Shown: positions 31,580 to 42,206, counted from the stretch's first letter. The stretch: DNA of 64,000 bases from Nitrospirales bacterium (GCA_963422365.1 OY729426.1:2272001-2336000), one strand, 5' to 3'. Notes: generated by a model not told the origin, from the sequence alone. Program-made: numbers and translations.

Positions 31580-32503
31580 TTATTCGGTAAACACATGTCG
31601 AGTCATTTGAATATCTTGAGCAATTCTCGCAGCAAGCCGATCAGAATCCTCAAAGATTTTATCGCCTCGAATGTATTGTAAGAATTGAACCTCAATATGT
31701 TGGCCATACAGGGTACAGGCGGTATCCAACACATGCACTTCCAGTAAGCGTTCCCCTTCTCCAAACGTCGGACGCGTCCCGATATAACTCACTGCAGGAA
31801 ATACCTTATCCTGCCACGCCATTTTCGTGGCATAGACCCCGTCAGGCGGAATCACTCGCTCTTTGTCTGGCCGAAGATTAGCGGTTCGATAGCCTAACCC
31901 TTGCCCACGACGATCGCCTTCAATCACCGTGCCTTTCAAAGAATACGGGCGTCCCAGACATTGCATGGCGTTTTCCATCTTCCCCTTTCGGATGAACTGA
32001 CGAATCTTGGTCGAACTCACGATGACTTCTTGCGAACTCACAGGTTTCACCAAATGAACCTGAAAATCGGCTTGTTCGGCTAGAGCACGTAACGTTTCCG
32101 TGTTTCCCGCCCGATCTTTGCCAAACACGAAATGCTCTCCCACAAACAAGGCCTTGATGCCCAGCCTATCTCTCAAAATCGAGAACACAAACTCCTTCGG
32201 GCTTAATGCCGCAAATGCTTTGGTGAAATTCAACACCACGAGCTGCTCGACTCCTTGTGCCTCAAACCAAGCCACTTTTTCTGGAGAGGACGACAAAAAT
32301 TGAAAATTGGTTCCAGGACTCAACACCGACACCGGATGGGGATGAAAGGTCAACACCATCGGCGTCCCTTGCTGTTCACGCGCACATTGAACGACCGCGG
32401 CTAGTAACTGTCGGTGCCCGATATGCTGCCCATCAAAATTGCCTATGGTCAGAACCGGATGGGACGGCAAGGGAGGAGATGGAAGCCCGCGCGAAACCTT
32501 CAT
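31580..32503 (-). CDS. ribF: Bifunctional riboflavin kinase/FAD synthetase
   Basis: IGNFDGQHIGH, SSTKIR, GYRTAN, GTRPTF, LEVH. Confidence 0.95.
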   Translation of the reverse strand: MKVSRGLPSPPLPSHPVLTIGNFDGQHIGHRQLLAAVVQCAREQQGTPMVLTFHPHPVSVLSPGTNFQFLSSSPEKVAWFEAQGVEQLVVLNFTKAFAALSPKEFVFSILRDRLGIKALFVGEHFVFGKDRAGNTETLRALAEQADFQVHLVKPVSSQEVIVSSTKIRQFIRKGKMENAMQCLGRPYSLKGTVIEGDRRGQGLGYRTANLRPDKERVIPPDGVYATKMAWQDKVFPAVSYIGTRPTFGEGERLLEVHVLDTACTLYGQHIEVQFLQYIRGDKIFEDSDRLAARIAQDIQMTRHVFTE

Positions 32504-33486
32504 AGGGGAGCGGCATTCAAGAACTTGGCGGCATCCTTGGCAAAATAGGTGAGTATGAGATCGGCACCAGCACGTTTAATGGATAGCAACGTTTCCAGCA
32601 CCACTTTGGACTCATCCAGCCACCCTTGTTGAGCGGCGGCTTTGATCATGCTGTATTCACCACTGACTTGAAACGCCGCAAGGGGCACAGCAACTTCAGC
32701 ACGTATTCGCGAAATTATATCGAGGTAAGACAGCGCCGGTTTGACCATGACCACATCCGCACCTTCTTCCACATCAGCCTGCACTTCACGGATGGCTTCA
32801 CGGGCATTGGCGGGATCCATTTGGTACGAACACCGATCACCGAAAACGGGGCGTGACGAAGCAGCCTCTCTGAAAGGGGCATATAGGCAAGACGCATATT
32901 TGGCGGCATATGACATGATGGGAACGTGCTCGAAACCATGCTGATCCAATTCGTCACGGATCGCCGCGACTCGCCCATCCATCATGTCAGAAGGCGCCAC
33001 CATATCGGCACCAGCTTCTGCATGGGTTTTCGCCATCAAGCGTAAACACTCAAGCGTTTCGTCGTTTAAGATGCGACCATCTTTCACAATGCCGCAATGC
33101 CCATGAGACGTATATTCATCGATGCAGACATCCGTCACCACAAAGAGCCCAGGAAGATCGTCTTTGAGCGCACGAACGGCCCGTTGCACAATCCCGTTCG
33201 GATCATAGCCGGATGACCCACATTCATCTTTTTGATCAGAGATCCCAAATAGCATGACAGCCGGAATTCCCAGCCTATGGACATCAGTCGCTTCTTTGAT
33301 CAGACGATCAAGGGACCACCGGAATTGACCGGGCATCGACAGAATGGCCTCCTGTTGATCCGTTCCTTCCTTCACAAACAAAGGATAAATCAGGTTGCTC
33401 GGCGCGAGAACGGTTTCCCGCACCATCCGCCGAAGAGGCTCAGATTCGCGCAAACGCCGCATTCGTTGACGAGGAAATCCCATCAT
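32500..33486 (-). CDS. hemB: Porphobilinogen synthase
   Basis: DVCIDEYTSHGHCG, APSDMMDGR, MVKPA, QVSGEY. Confidence 0.97.
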   Translation of the reverse strand: MMGFPRQRMRRLRESEPLRRMVRETVLAPSNLIYPLFVKEGTDQQEAILSMPGQFRWSLDRLIKEATDVHRLGIPAVMLFGISDQKDECGSSGYDPNGIVQRAVRALKDDLPGLFVVTDVCIDEYTSHGHCGIVKDGRILNDETLECLRLMAKTHAEAGADMVAPSDMMDGRVAAIRDELDQHGFEHVPIMSYAAKYASCLYAPFREAASSRPVFGDRCSYQMDPANAREAIREVQADVEEGADVVMVKPALSYLDIISRIRAEVAVPLAAFQVSGEYSMIKAAAQQGWLDESKVVLETLLSIKRAGADLILTYFAKDAAKFLNAAPL

Positions 33487-33570
33487 CGATCCAATGATTT
33501 CAGACTCTCTTGTGATTCCCACTCATCGAGCGATACCCTCAGTCTCCCGTTGGCATCCCCGAAGACCCGA

Positions 33571-33963
33571 TTATTTCCTGGGAAGATTCGTCAAAAACAC
33601 AACCAAATCCCGCACGGAAATCATTCCAACAAGGTTCCCATCTTTCGAGACGCCTAAATGCCGAACATGTTCTTTGGCCATCAAATCATTGGCATCCAGA
33701 AGCGTCTTGTTTTCCTCAATTGTTAAAATAGGCGCCGACATGATTTGTTCAACCGTTGTCTGGGTCGAATCGGATCCTGCCGCCACCAACCGCCGAACAA
33801 GATCGGTGTCGGTCAAAATCCCAATAATCTTATTCTCTCGAGTAACAAATACACTCCCGATACCACGATCCTTCATAATTTCTGCTACCCTCCGGACATT
33901 GGTATCACGATCAACCGTAACAAATTTTTCCGCAGGGACCATAAACGATTTCACTGGAACCAT
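33571..33963 (-). CDS. CBS-domain pair protein
   Basis: IGILTDTDL...GMISVRDL; AAGGAG RBS before ATG 33963. Confidence 0.88.
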   Translation of the reverse strand: MVPVKSFMVPAEKFVTVDRDTNVRRVAEIMKDRGIGSVFVTRENKIIGILTDTDLVRRLVAAGSDSTQTTVEQIMSAPILTIEENKTLLDANDLMAKEHVRHLGVSKDGNLVGMISVRDLVVFLTNLPRK

Positions 33964-34039
33964 ACATTTCTCCTTGAATGAACACGCGTCGTTAAACAAA
34001 AAACGGGCACCGCATTCCTCCACGACATCAGGGGATTTT

Positions 34040-35608
34040 TCAGCAATCCATACGGCGTGAAGAAACGGGCACCTCGTGTTTGACATAGTCGACCAACGAC
34101 TGAACCAACGCTGGAATCGTATTGTGGGCAGCCATGACGTGAACGTCCAAACCCATTTCCCGAATGGTCTTTGCCGTAATGGGCCCAATACTCGCAATAA
34201 TGGTTCCATTCAGATTTTTCTTCAAATCATGTGCTCCATCAAAGAGTTGAAAAAAATTCCTGGCCGTAGACGAACTGGCAAACGTGACGACATCGATCAA
34301 CTGCTCACGAAACATTTGCTGAATATGCTCTCGTTCCATCGGTGGCACGACAGTCTTATAGACTGTCACAATTCGAACAAAAGCTCCTAATCGCTCTAAC
34401 TCATTTGGCAAAATCTCACGGGCTTCTGCTGCCCTGGCAAGCAACACCCGTTGACCGGACACGCTGGCTCTCTTCAAAACCTCGATAAGCCCTTCAGCTT
34501 GGTACGTTTCCGGTACCAAATCGGCATTGATGCCAAAGACTCTCACCTCCTCAGCCGTCCGGGGTCCGATACAGCAAACCCGTACCCCTGCCAATGCCCG
34601 AGCATCACGACCATGATGCCATAGACGTTGCATCAACGCCTTCACCCCATTGACGCTTGTTAAAACAAGCCATTGATAGGTTGCAAGGTGCTCGATGGCG
34701 TCATCGACTTCCTCCCAATTGTCGGGTGGACCGATGTCGATTGTTGGACATTCAATCGGGTCTCCTCCTTGAGCCCTGATAAGGTTCGATAATTCCGAAG
34801 CCTGAGCTTTGGCACGTGTCACAAGCACTCGCTTCCCAAATAAGGGTTGCGTTTCAAACCAATTGAGTTGCTCCCGTAACCGTACAACTTCCCCCACTAC
34901 CACAATCGTCGGAGGGCGAATATTAGCCGATTTCGCACGATCGACAATATCCCGCAAGGTCCCAATCACCGTATACTGTTTGGCATAGGTCCCCCACCGA
35001 ATCAAGGCCACAGGGGTATCTACTGATTTCCCTTCCTCAACCAATCGCGAGACGATCATGGGTAAATTTTTGACGCCCATTAAGAAGACCAACGTTCCCT
35101 CAGCCGCGGCGAATCGTGGCCACTCCAAAACCGTCTCACCTTTGTCCGGATCTTCATGTCCTGTGATAAAGGCCACGGTGGACGCCAGAGTTCGATGCGT
35201 GACAGGAATTCCCGCATACGCGGGTACTGCGACCGCTGAGGTCACGCCCGGCACCACTTCAAAGGGGATCTGATGTTCAACAATCCACTCTGCTTCTTCC
35301 CCACCCCGTCCGAACACAAAAGGATCTCCGCCCTTCAATCGCACCACACACTTCCCTTCACGAGCCTTCTCCAGAATCAATTGATTAATCTCGTCTTGCG
35401 GCTGATAGGTCCCACATCCACGTCGCCCTACGTAAATCCGCTCTGCCGCAGGGGAGACATAATCCAACAACGCAGGATTGGCAAGATGGTCATACAACAC
35501 AACGTCAGCCTCTTGAAGACAGGATTTGCCGCGAAGCGTCAAAAGACCGGGATCTCCTGGACCCGCCCCTACCAAATAGACTTTTCCTGAAAGTCGAAGC
35601 TCTGCCAT
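34040..35608 (-). CDS. cobA/hemD: Uroporphyrinogen-III C-methyltransferase/uroporphyrinogen-III synthase fusion
   Basis: VGAGPGDPGLLT, RLKGGDPFVFGRGGEE; then VLVTRA, IGPRTA, FASSST. Confidence 0.95.
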   Translation of the reverse strand: MAELRLSGKVYLVGAGPGDPGLLTLRGKSCLQEADVVLYDHLANPALLDYVSPAAERIYVGRRGCGTYQPQDEINQLILEKAREGKCVVRLKGGDPFVFGRGGEEAEWIVEHQIPFEVVPGVTSAVAVPAYAGIPVTHRTLASTVAFITGHEDPDKGETVLEWPRFAAAEGTLVFLMGVKNLPMIVSRLVEEGKSVDTPVALIRWGTYAKQYTVIGTLRDIVDRAKSANIRPPTIVVVGEVVRLREQLNWFETQPLFGKRVLVTRAKAQASELSNLIRAQGGDPIECPTIDIGPPDNWEEVDDAIEHLATYQWLVLTSVNGVKALMQRLWHHGRDARALAGVRVCCIGPRTAEEVRVFGINADLVPETYQAEGLIEVLKRASVSGQRVLLARAAEAREILPNELERLGAFVRIVTVYKTVVPPMEREHIQQMFREQLIDVVTFASSSTARNFFQLFDGAHDLKKNLNGTIIASIGPITAKTIREMGLDVHVMAAHNTIPALVQSLVDYVKHEVPVSSRRMDC

Positions 35609-36556
35609 TTACACGCGCCCATATAGTTGATCTAAAATGTGCCTGCCCCCTCTGTCCAGGATTCGATCGGCTAAAGACACACCGAGTAGGGCAGCCTCTT
35701 CCACCTGTCCTTCGATCTGATCGCGAATAATGTGCTTCCCATCAAGGCTTGCGACAAGTCCCTCAAATTTTACCCTTTGGTTCTCAAGGACCGCATGTCC
35801 TGCGATCGGCACCTGACACCCCCCCTCTAATCGGTCCAAGAAGGCTCGTTCAGTCGAAACCGCAATTGAGGTCCGGAGATCATTGATTGGCGCAAGCAAT
35901 TCTCGAACAAACGTATCATCCACGCGCGATTCAATCCCCAAAGCCCCTTGACCAATAGCCGGAAGACTCACGTTCAAAGGAAGATATTCAGTCACATGGT
36001 GGGCCCAACCCAATCGGGTGAGCCCCGCCGCAGCCAAGACAATAGCATCGAACTCCCCTTCCTCAAGCTTCCGAAGACGGGTATTAACATTTCCTCGAAG
36101 CATGGCAACGACGAGGTCGGGCCGGTGAGCCAATAACTGGGCTTGCCTTCGAAGGCTACTGGTTCCAATTTTCGAACCGACAGGAAGATCCTGGAAAGCA
36201 ACATGGTCCCTGGTTAATACGGCATCCCGAGCATCTTCTCGTGCCGGAACACAGACAATTGCCATTTCCTCCGGCAACACCGAAGGCACATCTTTCATGC
36301 TATGGACCGCGAGATCTATTTCTCGTCTAACGAGTGCCTCCTCGATTTCCTTGACGAATAATCCTTTCCCCCCAATTTTGGCTAAAGGCACATCAAGGAT
36401 GGTATCACCACTCGTTCGAATCCGTTGGAGTCGAATCGAAACGGACGGAGCGACTTCTTGAAGTCGAGCTTGGACCCATTGCGCTTGCCAGAGAGCAAGT
36501 TGACTGCCGCGTGTTCCAATAACGAGAGACCTCCGCCGTTCATTTGTGCGACTCAC
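35609..36556 (-). CDS. hemC: Hydroxymethylbilane synthase
   Basis: GTRGSQLALWQ, GGKGLFVKE, AVHSMKD, GTSSLRR, LEGGCQVP. Confidence 0.97.
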   Translation of the reverse strand: MSRTNERRRSLVIGTRGSQLALWQAQWVQARLQEVAPSVSIRLQRIRTSGDTILDVPLAKIGGKGLFVKEIEEALVRREIDLAVHSMKDVPSVLPEEMAIVCVPAREDARDAVLTRDHVAFQDLPVGSKIGTSSLRRQAQLLAHRPDLVVAMLRGNVNTRLRKLEEGEFDAIVLAAAGLTRLGWAHHVTEYLPLNVSLPAIGQGALGIESRVDDTFVRELLAPINDLRTSIAVSTERAFLDRLEGGCQVPIAGHAVLENQRVKFEGLVASLDGKHIIRDQIEGQVEEAALLGVSLADRILDRGGRHILDQLYGRV

Positions 36557-36625
36557 TCTGATTCCTTATCCATCAAGGTTCTTTGCTACGCGATGCCCTC
36601 GCCCTCGCCATGGCACTCATTGACC

Positions 36626-38032
36626 TTACAAACCCGGAGCCTGTCGTGAAATTCTTTCTTTTTCAGACTCTTTGGTCGACGTGGGCGAAAGCGCATTTGT
36701 CTCCACGGCCTCCTCTTCCAAATCTTGTATTTCTTGAACGTTCACGGATTTTTTCTCCGAAGGATTTTGCTCCAAATCATAAAACCGTCTCGCCACTTCG
36801 ATATACACCAACCCATTGGACGATTGAGCCGCAGATTTTAAGGCAACCAAGGGGCCATGAAGGAGTTTATTGACGATCCCCGATGCGAGACCTTCCACGA
36901 CTTCCTGCTGCGGCGGCGTCAACGTCCCGAGTCGGCTGAATGCTTTTTGCAGTTCCATTTGCTTAAGAGCATCCGCACGTTTTCGTAAGGCAACAATCGT
37001 GGGAGTCGCTTTTAAAGACTGAAGCCATTTCAGGATGACTCCGACTTCATCTTTGACAATGCATTCTGCCCGGGTGGCTTCTAGCCTGCGCTCTTCACGG
37101 TTTTGTTCGATATGCGATTCAAGATCATCGATATCAAACAGGAACGCATTATCGACTTGGCGAACAGCAGGATCAATATTGCGGGGGACGGAGACGTCAA
37201 TCAAAAAGATCGGCTGATTCCATCGTTCGCGAACCGCCCGTTCCACATCCTCCGGACTAATCAAATAGTGGGACGCCCCGGTTGAACACAGTACAATATC
37301 AGCCCGATGCATGTCCGCACGAAATTCTTCAAAGGGAATGGAGACCCCCGTAAACCGGGCAGCCATATCTGCCGCACGAATCGGGTCACGCGTAGTGAGC
37401 AACACCTCCTGGACTCCGTGATTCACTAAATGTTGCGCGGCTAATTTGGCCATTTCTCCGGCCCCAACCAACATGACCGTTCGTGCGGACAAATGGCTAA
37501 ACACCTTTTTGGCCAGTTCGACTGCGGCATAGCTCACGGAAACCGCATTTTCTGCGATCCGAGTTTCCGTTCGAACACGTTTGGCCACCGAGATGGCTTT
37601 TTTGACTAACTTGTTCAGAAGGACTCCGCTGGCATTATGGGTCAAGGCATCTCGGAAAGAATCCTTCACCTGACGCAGGATTTGTGGTTCTCCGACCACC
37701 AGGGAGTCGAGGCTCGAAGCCACGCGAAACAAATGCGTGATGGCTCGATCCTCCGCATGCCAATACAGACGAGGCAGTACTTGTTCGGCGGACAACGAAA
37801 GATGCGTGTCCACCAAAAATTCCTGAATGGTGGAAAAGCCGCTCTCAACCTGATCGACCACCGCATACACTTCAACGCGGTTGCAGGTCTGCAACAACAT
37901 CCCTTCACGAATCCCCACATGGGCCATGAGCCGATTCAGGGCTTCACCCATCCGGCTATCAGGAACCACGAGGAGTTCTCGAATCTCGACGGGAGCGGTT
38001 TTATGACTCAGTCCGACAACGATGATATTCAT
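36626..38032 (-). CDS. hemA: Glutamyl-tRNA reductase
   Basis: GLSHKTAP, TCNRVE, SLVVGEPQI, GAGEM, PRNID; ATG overlaps the ccsA stop. Confidence 0.97.
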   Translation of the reverse strand: MNIIVVGLSHKTAPVEIRELLVVPDSRMGEALNRLMAHVGIREGMLLQTCNRVEVYAVVDQVESGFSTIQEFLVDTHLSLSAEQVLPRLYWHAEDRAITHLFRVASSLDSLVVGEPQILRQVKDSFRDALTHNASGVLLNKLVKKAISVAKRVRTETRIAENAVSVSYAAVELAKKVFSHLSARTVMLVGAGEMAKLAAQHLVNHGVQEVLLTTRDPIRAADMAARFTGVSIPFEEFRADMHRADIVLCSTGASHYLISPEDVERAVRERWNQPIFLIDVSVPRNIDPAVRQVDNAFLFDIDDLESHIEQNREERRLEATRAECIVKDEVGVILKWLQSLKATPTIVALRKRADALKQMELQKAFSRLGTLTPPQQEVVEGLASGIVNKLLHGPLVALKSAAQSSNGLVYIEVARRFYDLEQNPSEKKSVNVQEIQDLEEEAVETNALSPTSTKESEKERISRQAPGL

Positions 38033-38841
38033 TAGCTTATAGGAGCATTTCCTTTTAAAATGACCCCAAGAAACGTCAACAGCACGCTGGCAAATCCCAC
38101 GATCGTCAGATAGGCTGCCTTTTTCGCTCTCCACCCAACGGTCACTCGTCCCATCAAGACCACAAAATAAAATACCCACGTCACAAGCGCCAAAATTTGT
38201 TCGGAATTCCAACTGACATAGGCACCAAACGTGAGTTGTGCGGACATGGCCCCTGTCAAGATACCCATGGTGAGAAATGGGAACCCCAACAAAATCGAGC
38301 GTTGGTTCAGCATGTCTAAAAAATCCAACGGCGGCAATTTAAAGTACAAGACATTAAATTGTTTGGATTTCAGCAGCCGGTCTTGCATCAGATACATCAA
38401 CCCTGCCACAAAGGCCACGGCAAACCCGACGGTCCCTAACATACTGAGCGCGACATGGACCCACATCGCTTGAAACATAGGATGAAGGGCTGGAGTTTCT
38501 GAAGGCAGGATCGTGGTCGAGACCAACGAAAGAAAGGCAAGGGGCAAGATGAAAGCACCCAACACGTAGAGTCGTTGGAGGAGTACGACCAGCAAAAAAA
38601 TAAGCACCAAGGACCACGAAAAAAATGATAGGGCTTTATGGAACGTGACCCATCGCACTTCTTCTCCGGAAAACACTTGAACAGCCAATGCGACGGTATG
38701 GATGGCAAATCCGATACATGTCACGCCAAGAGCCACCTTGGCAAGAACATCAGACCGCCGAAGCAGGTACACCAAGGACAGCAAGATCCCTGTAAAGTAC
38801 AGCCCCAATGTGAGTTGCAAAAAGGCAACGGTCATCGGCAT
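38032..38841 (-). CDS. ccsA: Cytochrome c assembly protein (CcsA/HemX-like)
   Basis: Multi-TM protein; WVHV, LPPLD.LD, GWRAKKAA; lies upstream of hemA. Confidence 0.8.
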   Translation of the reverse strand: MPMTVAFLQLTLGLYFTGILLSLVYLLRRSDVLAKVALGVTCIGFAIHTVALAVQVFSGEEVRWVTFHKALSFFSWSLVLIFLLVVLLQRLYVLGAFILPLAFLSLVSTTILPSETPALHPMFQAMWVHVALSMLGTVGFAVAFVAGLMYLMQDRLLKSKQFNVLYFKLPPLDFLDMLNQRSILLGFPFLTMGILTGAMSAQLTFGAYVSWNSEQILALVTWVFYFVVLMGRVTVGWRAKKAAYLTIVGFASVLLTFLGVILKGNAPIS

Positions 38842-38980
38842 CCAATGGTCTAAAAAATAGTTCTATATACCTAGTTTGGAAGTATAGATAGGCCATTTGA
38901 AGATATCAAGAAAGGAACGGATGAAGCAGGGGATTCCCAAACACTCAACATGCGGTGAGAAAAGGCAAACCTGGGGTGAA

Positions 38981-39766
38981 TTAGCCGCCTGACCCTGCTG
39001 TGGCACCACCACACACGTTAATGACTTGTCCCGTAATCGACGCCGCCTCCGCTTGACAAAGAAAAATCGTCAAGGCGACGACCTCCTTAATCTCCGCCAT
39101 CCTTTTTATGGGTACCGCCGCGATGGCCCGAGCTCGGAAATCTTCGACCGACATCCCTAAGACCGCCGCTGTTTCTTCAATGCCCTGACGAGCCATGTCG
39201 GTATCAACCCAGGTAGGACATATGGCATTGACCGTAATTCCCCGCTCGGCCACTTCAAGTGCCAGGGCCTTGGTAAACCCCAGGATGCCATGTTTAGCAG
39301 TGCAATACGCCGCGTAACCTGGGACACCAAACCGACCAAGGACGGAAGACATATGAATAATACGCCCATAGCCAGGATCCTTCATATGAGGCAAAACGAC
39401 TTTCGAGCATAAATATGAACCTGTCAAATTCACTGCAAGAATATTCAACCAACGTGCATCATCTGGATCGTCTATTGGAGTCCTACCTGAAACACCGGCA
39501 TTATTGACCAAAATGTCAATCTGCCCCCATTCGTTCACAATAGACGCAACGACTCGCTCTACCTCGCCACGATTGGTCACGTCTGCAGGCAAGCCCATAG
39601 CAATCCCCCCTTGTTCTCGGATATGGGCAACCGTTTGCTCAAGGAGTTTCTCACGACGACCACACACAGCAACGTGAACACCGTTATCTGCTAAAGCCAG
39701 GGCCATGCCTCTGCCGATACCGACTCCCCCCCCCGTCACAAAAGCCACACGACCTTTTAACATCAT
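38981..39766 (-). CDS. SDR-family oxidoreductase
   Basis: TGGGVGIG, NNAG, YCTAK. Confidence 0.93.
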   Translation of the reverse strand: MMLKGRVAFVTGGGVGIGRGMALALADNGVHVAVCGRREKLLEQTVAHIREQGGIAMGLPADVTNRGEVERVVASIVNEWGQIDILVNNAGVSGRTPIDDPDDARWLNILAVNLTGSYLCSKVVLPHMKDPGYGRIIHMSSVLGRFGVPGYAAYCTAKHGILGFTKALALEVAERGITVNAICPTWVDTDMARQGIEETAAVLGMSVEDFRARAIAAVPIKRMAEIKEVVALTIFLCQAEAASITGQVINVCGGATAGSGG

Positions 39767-39967
39767 CAGTTCCCTCTTCTGCTCACGACAAGCATCATCC
39801 TCAACATTCATAAATCAATGCATGTTTCGAGAACTCAAGATCGAATATTTGATCAAACAATAGCTGAACTGACAAAATCCTATTGCTTTCACCTGCATAG
39901 GCCCTCGTCCTTGGCCGTCTGATAGCTGCCCGTCCACATAACCCAATCCACCGAAAGGCCGAGTCTC

Positions 39968-40702
39968 ATGCCAGGAACGTTGTATCTTGTTAGCACACCA
40001 ATTGGAAATCTGGACGATTTAACCTTCCGAGCCCACCGGACTTTACAAGACGTGTCGATCATCGCGGCGGAGGATACCCGTCATACCAAAAAACTGTGTT
40101 GCCATTACAAGATTCATACACCCCTGACAAGTTATCACGATTTCAATAAAGAAGAAAAAACTCCTCTTCTTTTGAAGCGTCTAAACGAGGAACAATCCAT
40201 TGCCCTAGTTTCCGATGCCGGCACTCCACTGATCTCCGACCCAGGCTACTATTTGGTGACCCGAGCCATTGCCATCGATATTCCCATTGTTCCGATTCCA
40301 GGTCCCTCTTCGATTATCGCCGCACTATCCGTTGCTGGATTGCCCACTGACGCCTTCACGTTTATTGGATTTCTGCCGAAAAAATCAGCAGCCAGAACCC
40401 GCCTCCTTCGAAGCCTTCAGGACGATTCTAAAACCATTATTTTATTCGAAACACCCCATCGTATAAAGGCAACGCTTTTTACCATCCAGGAAATCTTCAG
40501 CGACCGCCAGATCGCTATCGGCCGTGAACTCACAAAATCCCACGAAGAAATTATTCGTGGCACCGCTCAAGAAATTCTTCTGTCAAATCCATCACGAGGG
40601 CTAAAAGGAGAAATGACGCTTATCATTCAGGGAAAAGCGAAAAGGAAAAAGCGAGTCAGACAGGAACAAAAACAGGAAGTTAATCATCGCCTTTTTGAAT
40701 AA
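39968..40702 (+). CDS. rsmI: 16S rRNA (cytidine1402-2'-O)-methyltransferase
   Basis: STPIGNL, AEDTR, SDAGTPLISDPG, RELTK.HEE. Confidence 0.95.
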   Translation: MPGTLYLVSTPIGNLDDLTFRAHRTLQDVSIIAAEDTRHTKKLCCHYKIHTPLTSYHDFNKEEKTPLLLKRLNEEQSIALVSDAGTPLISDPGYYLVTRAIAIDIPIVPIPGPSSIIAALSVAGLPTDAFTFIGFLPKKSAARTRLLRSLQDDSKTIILFETPHRIKATLFTIQEIFSDRQIAIGRELTKSHEEIIRGTAQEILLSNPSRGLKGEMTLIIQGKAKRKKRVRQEQKQEVNHRLFE

Positions 40703-40925
40703 ACACGCGATGATACGAGCCGACTAACTCACGGCGAAGAATGGTGTGGCCTTCGTTTTCGACACTCTGCGGGACCTGTCTGATGGGTTCGCCATCATCC
40801 AGAAAGATCTCTAATACTTGCCCAGGTCGCATCGAATCGAGGCTCAGTTTGGTTTTGACAAAATTGTAAGGGCAGATCACCCCTCGAAGATCTAACATCG
40901 CATGATGGGCAGCCTTTTGACTCAT
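40680..40925 (-). CDS. tusA: TusA-family sulfurtransferase
   Basis: LDLRGVICPYN. Confidence 0.85.
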   Translation of the reverse strand: MSQKAAHHAMLDLRGVICPYNFVKTKLSLDSMRPGQVLEIFLDDGEPIRQVPQSVENEGHTILRRELVGSYHRVFIQKGDD

Positions 40926-40997
40926 TTCGTATGCCTAGTTCATAAGGTATGAAACGATAAAGGGAACAATGGTGATCTTGAGACCACCTACACAAAC

Positions 40998-41036
40998 AAA
41001 TAGAGCGTGCCAACCTTACGTCGACACGCTCTATTT
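40998..41036 (-). terminator. Intrinsic terminator of the 41071-41826 gene
   Basis: AAATAGAGCGTG...CACGCTCTATTT 12-bp stem extended by G-U pairs; U-rich tail on the minus strand. Confidence 0.7.
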
Positions 41037-41070
41037 TGGGTTCGCAATTTTTCGAGATGGGATACGTCTC

Positions 41071-41826
41071 TTATTGAACCGTCCCTTTCTTGAAGGTATT
41101 CCGATCAGAACCATAATCAGTGGCAATCGTTTTGTCCGTTCTCAAGTTCACGGTATCTGGTTGAGGAGCACATTGCCAGCAGGGTGCGGCACCCGTTATG
41201 ACACCAATATCCGAGGTAATCCCTCCCTGCACAACACCCTCTTGCATACCACCCTCAGGAACACCAGTATAACCAGCCGTGGGTGTCGAAATACCCCTAT
41301 AGTTTGTGGGATCAGGCCGTTGACCTAACCCACCACCGAAGTCAGGATTATCTGCACCACCAAGCACTTGGGATCCTTCAATCACATACACGGCACGGAC
41401 CATTTTTCGACCCGTACTAAAATTCTGTTCTTGAGTGGTTTCGTCAACGGCGGAAACGGCAACATAATCCCCTTTGTTCACAGCCTTAAGGTTTTCCATG
41501 TTGGTCCCATCATCAAACCATAATTCCTTCAAATTCAGGCCACCACGAAGGGTCTGGCGTTCATCATGTGAACTGCCCCCCATGTCAATGTACAGTTTGC
41601 CCGCTGGATAATCAATGGCCACCACTTCTCCCTGAATAGTCTCTGGGGCTGAAAGATAGCGTTCCATGTCATCTTGGTCGAATACACGGGACCGCGTTCC
41701 AGACCCTTGTGATTCTCCAACACCCGATCCAAACCCGGAGTGTTGAGGCGCACGCTCTTGCGCCACTGCCACGCTAACTGAGCCGACAAGAATGATTGCT
41801 GCTCCAAAGTACCCTAACTTCCGCAT
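41071..41826 (-). CDS. Exported hypothetical protein with a CxxC motif
   Basis: Signal peptide ending AVA-Q; PCWQC; RBS TAAGGAGG. Confidence 0.85.
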   Translation of the reverse strand: MRKLGYFGAAIILVGSVSVAVAQERAPQHSGFGSGVGESQGSGTRSRVFDQDDMERYLSAPETIQGEVVAIDYPAGKLYIDMGGSSHDERQTLRGGLNLKELWFDDGTNMENLKAVNKGDYVAVSAVDETTQEQNFSTGRKMVRAVYVIEGSQVLGGADNPDFGGGLGQRPDPTNYRGISTPTAGYTGVPEGGMQEGVVQGGITSDIGVITGAAPCWQCAPQPDTVNLRTDKTIATDYGSDRNTFKKGTVQ

Positions 41827-41939
41827 GTGGCTCCTCCTTAGGAAGTGTAAGTTAATAATCGAACAAATAACTCAATTGATGATATCTGTAAGAATCCGTC
41901 CTTCTGCTGACTTCATTTTTCAGCAAGTCTAGAGGCCCA

Positions 41940-41968
41940 ACTATAGTGATCTCCTTAAATAGTGTCAA
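41940..41968 (-). promoter_or_regulatory. Near-consensus sigma70 promoter
   Basis: TTGACA-N17-TATAGT on the minus strand. Confidence 0.7.
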
Positions 41969-42119
41969 GGGATTTCTCCAGTAAATCTTTACACGGTGAC
42001 AACTCCAAGTGCACCGACTACTTGAAATCGATAGTATTTCTGATTAATCTATTCCTCTTTGTGCCTCAAACCAAGAAAAAAAAGCATCTAACTGATTGAA
42101 AAATAGGACATTGAATCAA

Positions 42120-42206
42120 TGGTGCCCGGACCGAGGGTCGAACTCGGACTCTCTTGCAAGAACCAGATTTTGAGTCTGGCGCGTCTGCCAGTTCCGCCAT
42201 CCGGGC
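42120..42206 (-). tRNA. tRNA-Leu(CAA)
   Basis: GCCCGGA acceptor stem, anticodon arm CCAGA-CTCAAAA-TCTGG, long variable arm, GTTCGA T-loop, encoded CCA; 87 nt. Confidence 0.96.

Noticed and set aside
39726..39734. C9 tract as a phase-variation site in the SDR gene
   Set aside because: In frame and encodes the conserved TGGG cofactor-binding motif
40995..41015. Sigma54 promoter (TGGCACG) upstream of tusA
   Set aside because: Lacks GC at -12; better explained as a terminator stem arm
42120..42206. tRNA-Leu as integration site of the GC-rich island
   Set aside because: The island is on the 5' side of the tRNA, separated by two core genes; no duplicated 3' end or integrase was seen
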